Shown one piece after another: positions 9,627 to 18,524 of a stretch of 64,000 bases of DNA (the first letter of the stretch is position 1; each line of letters begins with the position of its first letter). Under the pieces are notes generated by a model that was not told where the DNA came from, did not search any database, and saw only the letters and a program-made list of their open reading frames with translations. A program made the position numbers and the translations under genes. Origin of the DNA: Acidimicrobiales bacterium. Lineage in GTDB: Bacteria > Actinomycetota > Acidimicrobiia > Acidimicrobiales > DASSOZ01. Where the stretch lies: assembly GCA_035700105.1 (NCBI GenBank), contig DASSOZ010000040.1, forward strand, positions 3,957-67,956. The letters are read 5' to 3'.

Positions 9627-9672
9627 CTTTCGGCCAGTTGTGCCGCAAAGAGGATGCACAACTGGCCGAAAG
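9627..9672. terminator. bidirectional hairpin between convergent genes
   Basis: Perfect 17-bp stem CTTTCGGCCAGTTGTGC / GCACAACTGGCCGAAAG with a 12-nt loop. No U-tract. Confidence 0.6.
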
Positions 9673-9692
9673 CCCGGGCTCCGGGCCCGCGG

Positions 9693-11209
9693 TCACCGGC
9701 GCTTCTTGAGCATCCCGAAGATGCCGCGCACGAGGGTGTTGGCCATCTGTCGTCCCTCGCGGCTCTTCAGGTAGCCGACGACGGGGTTGTCGTCGTCCTT
9801 CTTCTTCTTCCTGGCCGTCTTCGGTTCGGCCGTCGGTTCCGGCGCCGGCGTCGGTGCCGCGGGCGCGACCTTCCTCGCCAGCAGCTCGCGCGCCGACTCG
9901 CGGTCGATCTCGGCCGCATACGTCGCCCACAGCGGCGACGCCTTCGCAGCGGTGTCGAGCTCGGACACGTCGACGGCCGCCATCAGCGACTGCGGCGGCC
10001 GCATCCGCGTCCACACGACCGGCGTCGGCGCGCCCCGCTCGGAGAGGATCGTGACGACGGCCTCGCCGGTCCCGAGCTGGGTGAGCGCCTCCTCGAGGTC
10101 GTAGTCGGCGGTGTTCGGATACGTCGTGACAGCCGCCTTCAACGCCTTGGCGTCACGGGGCGTGTACGCCCGCAGCGCGTGCTGGACGCGGTTGCCCAGC
10201 TGGGCGAGCACCTCGTCCGGAACGTCGTCGGGCAGCTGCGTCACGAAGAAGACGCCGACGCCCTTGGACCGGATCAGCCGCACCGTCTGCGCGACCTGCT
10301 CGAGGAACCCCTTCGACGCACCCTCGAACAGCAGGTGCGCCTCGTCGAAGAAGAACACGAGCTTGGGCTTGTCGACGTCACCGACTTCGGGCAGCGCCTC
10401 GAACAGCTCGGCCAGCAACCACATCAGGAACGTCGAGAACAGCCGGGGCTTGTCCTGGACGGCCGCGAGCTCGAGCAACGACACGACACCACGGCCGTCG
10501 GACGTGGTCCGCATGAGGTCCTCGACGTGCAGCTCCGGCTCGCCGAAGAACGCCTCGGCACCCTGCTCGGTCAGCTCCACGATCTTGCGCAGCAGCACGC
10601 CGACGGTCGCGCTCGACAGGCCACCGATCCCGTCGAGCTCGTCCTTGCCGTCGTCGCTCGTGAGGAACCTCAACAGGTCCTGCAGGTCGACGAGGTCGAG
10701 CAGCGGCAGCCCCGCCGCGTCCGCGTAGTGGAACACGAGCGCCAGCGACGAGGTCTGCGTCTCGTTGGCGTCGAGCACCTTGGCCAGCAGCTGCGGGCCG
10801 AACGACGCCACCGTCGCTCGCAGCGGCACACCGGGCCCGATGCCACCGAGCGACAGCGGCTCGACGGGGAACGCCGCCGGTTCCCACGTGATGGCGAGCT
10901 CCTTCACGCGGGCGTCGACTCGGTCGCCGTGCTCGCCGGCGTGGAGCATGCCGCTCAGGTCGCCCTTCACGTCGGCGGCGAACACCGGCACGCCCGAGGC
11001 CGACAGCTGCTCGGCCAGCAGCTGCAGCGTCTTGGTCTTACCGGTGCCGGTCGCGCCGGCGATCAGACCGTGACGGTTCGCCATCGACACCGGCAGCCGC
11101 ACCGCCGCGTCGGGGAACACGTTCCCGTCGTGCATCCCGCGGCCGAGGTCGATCGCCGCGCCCTCGGTCGCGTAGCCGTCGTTGATGCGGGACGCGAAGT
11201 CGTCGGCCG

Positions 11210-11213
<4 letters not shown>
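9693..11213 (-). CDS. HerA-like helicase domain protein (DUF853 / YjgR-like P-loop ATPase), 506 aa
   Basis: ORF 9693..11213(-). Walker A is GATGTGKTKT and Walker B is KLVFFFDEAHLLF. The C-terminal tail is Lys-rich. Its ATG overlaps the upstream stop as ATGA. Confidence 0.8.
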
Positions 11214-12172
<959 letters not shown>

Positions 12173-12201
12173 GGGGGGAGAGTGTTGCGCGGGTTACGCG
12201 T

Positions 12202-12786
12202 CTACGCGCACGTCCACGGCTGCCATCCGCGCTGCTGCCACATGCGGAACGCCATGGCGACGTTGGCGGCGGGATCGAACGGTCCGTTGAGGATCTGGAA
12301 CAGCCCGGTCGCGCCCGAGCGGGCGTTGTACGCGTTCGCGTTGCCGCCCGACTCGCACATCATGATGCGGTAGGCGGTCTGCGTCGGCCACGGGTACTGG
12401 TTGATGAGGTCGGCCCACGGGCCGTACGCCGCGCCCCGCGACGTCGTCGCGGCGCGGCTGGCGCGCTGCCGCGCCAGCACGGCCGCCCGTTCCTTGCGCG
12501 CCTGCGCCGCCTCGGCTTCAGCCTTCTGCTGCGCGGCGACACCGGCGAGGAACCGGTTGCGCTCGTCGAGCGCCTTCATGAAGGCGGCGGTCTCGGACGC
12601 CTGTCGTGCCTTCTCCTGGGCCGCCTCGTACCGCAGGAGGGCGGCCGGCGCCTGTTTCGAGGTACGGCCGGCCTTCACGGCCGAAGGTGTGGCCTCTTCG
12701 TTGGTGAGGGCGAACGCGGTGCCGGCGAGACCGGCGATGACGATGACGATGCTGGTGGCGAGTGCGATGAGACGGGTGTGTCGCAC
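12202..12786 (-). CDS. secreted or membrane-anchored transglycosylase (SLT/Rpf-like lysozyme fold) domain protein, 194 aa
   Basis: ORF 12202..12786(-), GTG start preceded by GAAGGAG at a 7-nt spacing. It has an N-terminal TM/signal segment, an Ala/Gln/Lys-rich coiled linker, and a C-terminal catalytic block MCESGGNANAYN...GATGLFQI. Confidence 0.75.
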   Translation of the reverse strand: MRHTRLIALATSIVIVIAGLAGTAFALTNEEATPSAVKAGRTSKQAPAALLRYEAAQEKARQASETAAFMKALDERNRFLAGVAAQQKAEAEAAQARKERAAVLARQRASRAATTSRGAAYGPWADLINQYPWPTQTAYRIMMCESGGNANAYNARSGATGLFQILNGPFDPAANVAMAFRMWQQRGWQPWTCA

Positions 12787-13117
12787 GGCGCGACTCCTTC
12801 GTACAGGCCCGGTGGCCGACGCACTCCCCCTCCGTGCGGCGTTGACGGTTCGAACTCCCGGCGCGCGCCCCCAGAGGGCGCGTCGGCGAACCGGACGCGG
12901 TCGGTTGGATGGTCTGCCGGAGGTGCTGCGTCGCCGGAGCCGCAGTGCGGCCGCCGATCGGGCGACATCCTCGATTCGGTTGTACGGCAGCTGCCCGCGC
13001 CCGCGACGATCCCCATCGCGTGCCGAGCGGTGCAGCCACGGTACCCGCGCTCGCGACAGTTATGCGAATTGCACGGCTGTGACTCGGGTCACGGCCCGGG
13101 GACCCCGACCGGGGGCC
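12787..13117 (-). promoter_or_regulatory. 331-nt structured leader of the transglycosylase gene; possible ydaO-type (c-di-AMP) riboswitch
   Basis: The intergenic region is long and has no credible ORF. The minus-strand RNA contains CCGAAUC, GGGGG runs, CGAACCGUCAAC and CACGGAGGGGGAG, which resemble pieces of the ydaO consensus. It also contains several nested GC helices. The match is partial and by eye only. Confidence 0.3.
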
Positions 13118-14695
13118 CTACGTGAGCAGGACAGCGGAGAGCGTGACCTCGGGGTGGTCGCCGGCGAAGTGGTGGAGCTGGTACTCGCTGCGGAACACGG
13201 CGTAGCGGTCGCCGTTGGCCCGGTGCAGGACCTCGGCCTCGCGCCGGTCCCGCAGCAGGCGCTCGCCCTCGGCGTCGGTGACCCGGGCGACGGACCACGG
13301 CGTCGACGTGAGCTCCACCGGCGCGCCGAACTCGTGCTCCATCCGATACGACGCCACCTCGAACTGCATCGGGCCGACCGCGGCGAGCACCGGCGCCTGG
13401 TCGCCGAAATCCGGGTGGCGGAGCACCTGGACGACGCCCTCCTCGTCGAGCTGGGCGAGGCCCTTGCGGAACTGCTTGTACCGGCTCGTGTCGCGGTTGC
13501 GGCACGTCATGAAGTGCTCCGGCGCGAACGTCGGGATCGGCGGGTACGCCACGGGCGGGTCGACGAACAGCGTGTCGCCGATCCCGAGCTCGGTGGCGTT
13601 GACGAGGCCGATGATGTCGCCCGGGTACGCCTCGTCGAGCGTCTCGCGCTCCTGGCCGAGCACGTTCGACGCGTGGCGCAGCGCGAACGGCTTGCCCGTC
13701 CGCCCGTGCGTCGCCGTCATGCCCCGCTCGAAGCGACCCGAGCACACGCGCACGAACGCGATGCGGTCGCGGTGGTTCGGGTCCATGTTCGCCTGCACCT
13801 TGAAGACGAACGCGCTGAACGGCGCGTCGACCGGGCGGCGTTCACCCGATGCGTCGACGCGGGCATCCGGCGCGGGCGCGAGGTCGATCACGGCGTCGAG
13901 CAGGTGACGCACGCCGAAGTTGGTGAGCGCGGAACCGAAGAACACCGGCGTCGTGTCACCAGCCAGGAACGACTTCTCGTCGTGGTCGGCGCCGAGCTCG
14001 TCGAGCAGCGCGAGGTCGTCCTGCGCGGCCGCCCACGCCGCGCCCTCCTCGGCCGCGGCGCGATCGGCGGCAACGATCTCCTCGGGCGCCTCCTTGGCGC
14101 CGCCCGCCGTTCGGAGGAACCGGGTGAACTCGCCGGAGCGTCGGTCGATGACGCCCCGGAAGTCGCCGGCGATCCCGACCGGCCACGTCACCGGCGTCGC
14201 CGTCAGCCCGATGTCCTGCTCGATGACGTCGAGCAGCTCGAGCGACTCGAGCCCCGGGCGGTCGTACTTGTTGAGGAAGCTGAGCAGCGGGATGCCGCGC
14301 TGGCGGCAGACCTCGAACAGCTTGCGCGTCTGCGGCTCGACGCCCTTGGCCGAGTCGAGGACCATGATCGCCGCGTCGCAGGCGGACAGGACGCGGTACG
14401 TGTCCTCGCTGAAGTCACGGTGCCCGGGTGTGTCGAGCAGGTTGCACTCGGCCCCGCGGTACTCGAAGCGGAGCACCGTCGAGGTGATCGAGATGCCGCG
14501 CTGGCGCTCCATCGCCATCCAGTCCGAGCGCGCCGACCGGCGCTCGGCCTTCGCCTTGACGTTGCCGGCGAGCCCGATGGCGCCCGCGTAGAGCAGGAAC
14601 TTCTCGGTGAGCGTCGTCTTCCCCGCGTCGGGGTGACTGATGATGGCGAAGGTCCGGCGGCGCGCCGCTTCCGCGGCGACGTCCGTGTCCGTCAA
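13118..14695 (-). CDS. prfC: peptide chain release factor 3 (translational GTPase), ~525 aa
   Basis: ORF 13118..14791(-). G-domain motifs are SHPDAGKTTLTEK, DTPGHRDF and NKYDR. I prefer the TTG start at 14695 (LTDTDVAAEAARRRTFAIISH). The ATG at 14791 would overlap the sigma-factor gene by 92 nt and add an Arg/Ser-rich extension. Confidence 0.9.
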   Translation of the reverse strand: MTDTDVAAEAARRRTFAIISHPDAGKTTLTEKFLLYAGAIGLAGNVKAKAERRSARSDWMAMERQRGISITSTVLRFEYRGAECNLLDTPGHRDFSEDTYRVLSACDAAIMVLDSAKGVEPQTRKLFEVCRQRGIPLLSFLNKYDRPGLESLELLDVIEQDIGLTATPVTWPVGIAGDFRGVIDRRSGEFTRFLRTAGGAKEAPEEIVAADRAAAEEGAAWAAAQDDLALLDELGADHDEKSFLAGDTTPVFFGSALTNFGVRHLLDAVIDLAPAPDARVDASGERRPVDAPFSAFVFKVQANMDPNHRDRIAFVRVCSGRFERGMTATHGRTGKPFALRHASNVLGQERETLDEAYPGDIIGLVNATELGIGDTLFVDPPVAYPPIPTFAPEHFMTCRNRDTSRYKQFRKGLAQLDEEGVVQVLRHPDFGDQAPVLAAVGPMQFEVASYRMEHEFGAPVELTSTPWSVARVTDAEGERLLRDRREAEVLHRANGDRYAVFRSEYQLHHFAGDHPEVTLSAVLLT

Positions 14696-14699
14696 ACCG

Positions 14700-15632
14700 T
14701 CAGACGCCGAGCAGTTCCCGCGCGCCCGTGTCGGACGTGGGGTGGCGCAGCTTCGACATCGCGCGCGCCTCGATCTGGCGGATGCGCTCACGCGTGAGGT
14801 TGAACGACTCGCCGACCTCTTCGAGCGTGCGCGGCTCGCCGCGGTCGAGTCCGAAGCGAAGCTTCAGGATCTGACGCTCGCGCTCGTCGAGCGGCGCCAG
14901 CAGCCGCTCGAGCTCGGCGGGCAACAGCGCATCGGCTGCCGCCTCGAACGGCGACACCGCGGAGCGGTCCTCGACGATGTCACCGAGCTCGGCGTCACCG
15001 TCCTCGCGCAGCGGGTCGGACAGCGAAAGCGGCTCGGACGCGTAGCGCTGGATCTCGACGACCTGCTTCTCGGGCAGGTCGAGCTCCTTGGCGAGCTCGG
15101 CGACCGTCGGCCGGCGGCCGAACTGCAGCTCGAGCTGGACACGCGCCTTCTGCAGCCGGGCGAGCAGGTCACCGGCGTGGACGGGGAGGCGGATCGTGCG
15201 ACCGGTGTTGGCGATGCCACGCGTGATCGCCTGACGGATCCACCACGTGGCGTACGTCGAGAACTTGAAGCCCTTGCGGTAGTCGAACTTCTCGACCGCG
15301 TGGATGAGGCCGAGGTTGCCCTCCTGCACGAGGTCGAGCAGCGGGAGTTCCGACGCCTGGTACTTCTTGGCGATCGAGACGACGAGGCGGAGGTTCGCCT
15401 TGATGAACGTCTGCGTGGCCTCTTCGCCCTCGCGCACCTTCGACCGCAGCTTGCGCTTCTCCGACGGCGTCAGCGACTTCCCCGAGAGCAGGGCCTCCCG
15501 CGCGAACTTGCCCTCTTCGATGGACTGGCCCAGCCTCGCCTCGTCGTCCTTGGTCAGCAGCGCGTGTTTGCCGATGTCCTTGAGGTAGAGGCGGACAAGG
15601 TCTTCGTCGTCGCGTTCAGCTCGCTGGGGCAC
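14700..15632 (-). CDS. RNA polymerase sigma-70 family factor, principal-like (group 1/2, SigB/HrdB-like), 310 aa
   Basis: ORF 14700..16355(-) trimmed to the GTG at 15632, preceded by GAGGAAAG. Region 2 is FKFSTYATWWIRQAITR and region 4 is RERIRQIEARAMSKLR. The upstream part of the ORF is Arg-rich junk overlapping the acyl-CoA dehydrogenase gene. Confidence 0.9.
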   Translation of the reverse strand: MPQRAERDDEDLVRLYLKDIGKHALLTKDDEARLGQSIEEGKFAREALLSGKSLTPSEKRKLRSKVREGEEATQTFIKANLRLVVSIAKKYQASELPLLDLVQEGNLGLIHAVEKFDYRKGFKFSTYATWWIRQAITRGIANTGRTIRLPVHAGDLLARLQKARVQLELQFGRRPTVAELAKELDLPEKQVVEIQRYASEPLSLSDPLREDGDAELGDIVEDRSAVSPFEAAADALLPAELERLLAPLDERERQILKLRFGLDRGEPRTLEEVGESFNLTRERIRQIEARAMSKLRHPTSDTGARELLGV

Positions 15633-15781
15633 AGACTCTTTCCTCGTCCGGACGCTGATCCTCGGGCGCGCGACCGCTGGCCGTGCACAAGGGGTTCCCA
15701 GTGTACGACGGGGTTCGCCACCTGACCACCAGTGACCTGCCCGTTCCGGACGATGCGCGCCGAAATGGGCGATTCGGATCC

Positions 15782-17566
15782 TCAGAACGTCGCCGCGGCC
15801 AGATCGCCGGCGCCCGCGGTCGCGGCCGCGAGCAGGCCCGACGCCTGCGGCAGGAGCGTCTCGCAGTAGAAGCGGGCGGTCACGACGCGGTCGGCGTCGG
15901 CGGGGTCGTCCGAGCCCGACGCGGCCAGCGCCGTCCGGGCCATCACCCATCCGCCGACGACGAGCCCGGCGATGCGCAGGTACGCGGCCGACCCGGCGAA
16001 GGCGTCGTTCGGGTCGCTCAGGCCGTTGGCGAACATCCAGTCCGTCGCGTCGGACAGCACCCGCACGCCCTCGGCGAGCCGCGTGCGGATCGACGCGACG
16101 GCGTCGCCGGCGGCGGCGAGCTCGGCGTCGACCGCGCCGAGCTCTGCGAGGAGGTCCTTCATCGCGCCCCCGCCGCGCATCGGCAGCTTGCGCCCGACGA
16201 GGTCCATCGCCTGGATGCCGTTCGTGCCCTCGTAGATCGGGGCGATGCGGATGTCGCGGTACAGCTGGGGCGCGCCGCTCTCCTCGATGTAGCCCATGCC
16301 GCCGTGCACCTGGACGTTCAGCGACGCGCACTCGTTGCCGAGGTCGGTGCACCACGCCTTCGTGATCGGCGTGAGGAGGTCAGCGAGCTCGCGCCGCCAC
16401 GTGCGCACGCCCTCGTCGGGGTGGTGGGCGGCGAGGTCGAGGCACTCGGCGTTGAGGTAGACGAGTCCCCGCATGGCCTGCACGTACGCCTTGATGGTGA
16501 GCAGCATGCGGCGGACGTCGGCGTGCTCGACGATCGGCGCCTGCTCGCGCGAGTCCGAGGTGCCCGGGGTGCGGGGTGTCCCTGCGGTGATCGCCCTGCC
16601 CTGCAGGCGCTCCTTGGCGTACGCCACCGCCTGCTGGTAGGCCGCCTCGCCGACGGCGAGCCCCTCGAGCCCGACCGAGAGCCGGGCCGAGTTCATCATC
16701 GTGAACATGTAGCGCATGCCCGAGTTCTCCTCGCCGATGAGGAACCCGGTCGCCCCCTCGTAGGACATCACGCACGTCGGGCTGGCGTGGATGCCCATCT
16801 TGTGCTCGATGGAGACGCACGACAGCGCGTTTCGCTCGCCGAGCGAACCGTCGTCACGCACGAGGTACTTCGGGACGATGAAGCACGAGATCCCCTTCGT
16901 CCCCGGCGGCGCGCCCGGCGTGCGCGCGAGCACGAGGTGGACGATCTGCTCGGTGAGGTCGTGCTCGCCGTAGGTGATGAAGATCTTCTGACCCGTGATC
17001 GCGTACGTCCCGTCGCCGCGCGGCTCGGCCTTGGTCCGCAGCGCGCCGACGTCGGAGCCCGCCTCCGGCTCGGTGAGGTTCATCGTGCCGGTCCACTCGC
17101 CGGTGACCATGTGCGGCAGGTACGTCTGCTGCTGTGACTCGTTGCCGTGGTGCAGCAGCATGTCGATGGCGCCCTGCGTGAGCAGCGGGCACAGCGAGAA
17201 GCCCATGTTCGCCGCCGTCATCATCTCCTGGATGACGATCGTGACGAGCCACGGGAAGCCGCCGCCGCCGTAGCCCGGGTCGAACGGCACCGCGCCCCAG
17301 CCGGCGTCGACGTAGCGGCGGTAGGCGTCCTTGAACCCCGGCGGCGTCGTCACCGTGTGCGGGTCGTGCCACCTCGCCGGGTCGGTGTCGCCGACTCGGT
17401 GGAGCGGCCCGAGGACCTCGGCCATGAACCGGCCCGCCTCCTCGAGGACGCCGATGACGGTGTCCGGGTCGGCGTCGGCGAACGGCTCGAGGTCGGTCAG
17501 CGCCCGCAGGTCGACGAGGTGCTCGAGCGCGAAGCGGATGTCGTCGAGCGGGGGTTCGTACGCCAT
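15782..17566 (-). CDS. acyl-CoA dehydrogenase (long FadE type with C-terminal extension), 594 aa
   Basis: ORF 15782..17566(-). Motifs include TEPEAGSDVGALRTKA, IEHKMGIHASPT and YEGTNGIQAMDLVGRK. Confidence 0.9.
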   Translation of the reverse strand: MAYEPPLDDIRFALEHLVDLRALTDLEPFADADPDTVIGVLEEAGRFMAEVLGPLHRVGDTDPARWHDPHTVTTPPGFKDAYRRYVDAGWGAVPFDPGYGGGGFPWLVTIVIQEMMTAANMGFSLCPLLTQGAIDMLLHHGNESQQQTYLPHMVTGEWTGTMNLTEPEAGSDVGALRTKAEPRGDGTYAITGQKIFITYGEHDLTEQIVHLVLARTPGAPPGTKGISCFIVPKYLVRDDGSLGERNALSCVSIEHKMGIHASPTCVMSYEGATGFLIGEENSGMRYMFTMMNSARLSVGLEGLAVGEAAYQQAVAYAKERLQGRAITAGTPRTPGTSDSREQAPIVEHADVRRMLLTIKAYVQAMRGLVYLNAECLDLAAHHPDEGVRTWRRELADLLTPITKAWCTDLGNECASLNVQVHGGMGYIEESGAPQLYRDIRIAPIYEGTNGIQAMDLVGRKLPMRGGGAMKDLLAELGAVDAELAAAGDAVASIRTRLAEGVRVLSDATDWMFANGLSDPNDAFAGSAAYLRIAGLVVGGWVMARTALAASGSDDPADADRVVTARFYCETLLPQASGLLAAATAGAGDLAAATF

Positions 17567-17610
17567 ACGAAGATCGTGACAGGTCGCCAGGTGCCGTTGT
17601 ACAAGGGGGC

Positions 17611-18117
17611 GTGTCGTTGCGCCACGCCCTGCTCGCCATGCTGGCCGAGCGACCGAAGAGCGGCTACGAGCTCACCAAGGAGTTCGACCGGGAGATGGGC
17701 AACGTGTGGGCCGCCCGCCACAGCCAGATCTACCCCGAGCTGGCCAAGCTGCTCGCCGGCGGGCTGATCGAGCTCGAGGACGAGGGGCCCCGCGGCCGCA
17801 AGTCGTACCGCATCACCGACGCCGGCCGGCGGGAGGCGATCACGTGGCTGCGCGACGGCGGCGACCGGACGGTGCGCAACGAGTCGCTCCTGAAGATGTT
17901 CTTCCTCGAGCTGCTCGGGCCCGACGAGCAGCGCATGCTGCTCGAGCGCGAGCTCGCGTACTTCCGCGAGCGGCTCGCGTACTACCGGGCCCTGCCGGCC
18001 GGGACGACGCACCCGGTCAAGATCGAGCTCGGGAGCCGGTACAACCGGGCGATGATCGAGTGGCTGGAGTACGCGCTCGACCAGGTCGGGGTCGAGGCCG
18101 CGGCCGCCGGCGGGTGA
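17611..18117 (+). CDS. PadR family transcriptional regulator, 168 aa
   Basis: ORF 17611..18117(+), GTG start. The winged-helix region is LLAMLAERPKSGYELTKEF...IYPELAKLLAGGLIE. It is divergent from the acyl-CoA dehydrogenase gene. Confidence 0.85.
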   Translation: MSLRHALLAMLAERPKSGYELTKEFDREMGNVWAARHSQIYPELAKLLAGGLIELEDEGPRGRKSYRITDAGRREAITWLRDGGDRTVRNESLLKMFFLELLGPDEQRMLLERELAYFRERLAYYRALPAGTTHPVKIELGSRYNRAMIEWLEYALDQVGVEAAAAGG

Positions 18118-18181
18118 CGGTGACACGAGTCACGGCCGCTACACGTGTACGGATCGACACGTGACGTGCTATCTTCAGTTA

Positions 18182-18293
18182 GCGGTCGGTCGCCATCCCC
18201 CCGGCAGACCGGCCATCGAGCCCGTCGGTACCCCCCACCGACCGGGCTCACGAATCGACGAGGGGCGGTCCCCGCAGGGACCGCCCCTCGATC
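18182..18293 (+). ncRNA. 6C small RNA (Rfam 6C family; M. tuberculosis B11-like)
   Basis: Two hairpins (18184..18214 and 18218..18249) have loops AUCCCCCC and ACCCCCC, each with a run of six C. A perfect 14-bp terminator hairpin follows. An extended -10, TGcTATCTT, lies at 18167..18175. The 5' and 3' ends are approximate. Confidence 0.75.
18259..18290. terminator. bidirectional terminator hairpin shared by 6C RNA (+) and a small ORF (-)
   Basis: CGAGGGGCGGTCCC-CGCA-GGGACCGCCCCTCG. Perfect 14-bp stem with a 4-nt loop. Confidence 0.7.
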
Positions 18294-18316
18294 GCGTTCG
18301 GGGTGAACGCCGGTTG

Positions 18317-18409
18317 TCAGGACCCGAGCAGCAGGTCGTCGACGTCTCGCCGCTCGCCGTCGTTCCAGTCGAAGAGTCCGAACAGCACGCCGAGCAGGCG
18401 GGTCAGCAT
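18317..18409 (-). CDS. small protein, 30 aa (MLTRLLGVLFGLFDWNDGERRDVDDLLLGS)
   Basis: Below the ORF-track size cutoff. The ATG is preceded by AAGGAG at a 10-nt spacing. Of 29 sense codons after the ATG, 27 end in G/C. The stop lies 26 nt before the strong hairpin at 18259..18290. No homolog is known to me. Confidence 0.5.
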   Translation of the reverse strand: MLTRLLGVLFGLFDWNDGERRDVDDLLLGS

Positions 18410-18493
18410 CCGGGCAGCGCTCCTTGTCGACCAGGCTCGTTTTCATCGAGCCGATTACTTCGCGCGGACCTTACCCATATCTGTCCTGCCGAA

Positions 18494-18510
18494 CCGGTGA
18501 TGCTCACCGG
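18494..18510. promoter_or_regulatory. inverted repeat CCGGTGA-TGC-TCACCGG just upstream of the acyl-CoA synthetase start
   Basis: Perfect 7-bp arms. A TAGCGT (TAnnnT) hexamer follows at 18514..18519, ending only 5 nt before the ATG at 18525. This suggests a leaderless transcript with the repeat inside the promoter. Confidence 0.35.
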
Positions 18511-18524
18511 CGTTAGCGTCTGGC

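Noticed and set aside
12846-12862. GGTTCGAAC, a tRNA T-loop-like string.
   Set aside because: The flanking bases do not form a T-stem (GACGG versus TCCCG). No acceptor, D or anticodon arms can be drawn. I treat it as part of the structured leader instead.
15700-15705. TACACT as a -10 for the sigma-factor gene.
   Set aside because: It is a plausible TAnnnT hexamer 68 nt upstream of the GTG. However, the -35 region (TGGTCA/GGTCAG) is weak, and nothing else supports it.
17595-17602. TTGTACAA palindrome between the acyl-CoA dehydrogenase and padR genes, as a PadR operator.
   Set aside because: It is only 8 bp and does not fit the longer ATGT-N8-ACAT-type PadR sites. It could easily be a chance occurrence.
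18140-18166. Repeated ACACGTG motifs (TACACGTGTA and GACACGTGAC) upstream of the 6C RNA, as a regulator site or a RecA-independent DNA-damage promoter motif.
   Set aside because: They do not match the tTGTCRgtg-N8-TAnnnT motif. Two CACGTG cores alone are insufficient. I mention them only as context for the 6C promoter.
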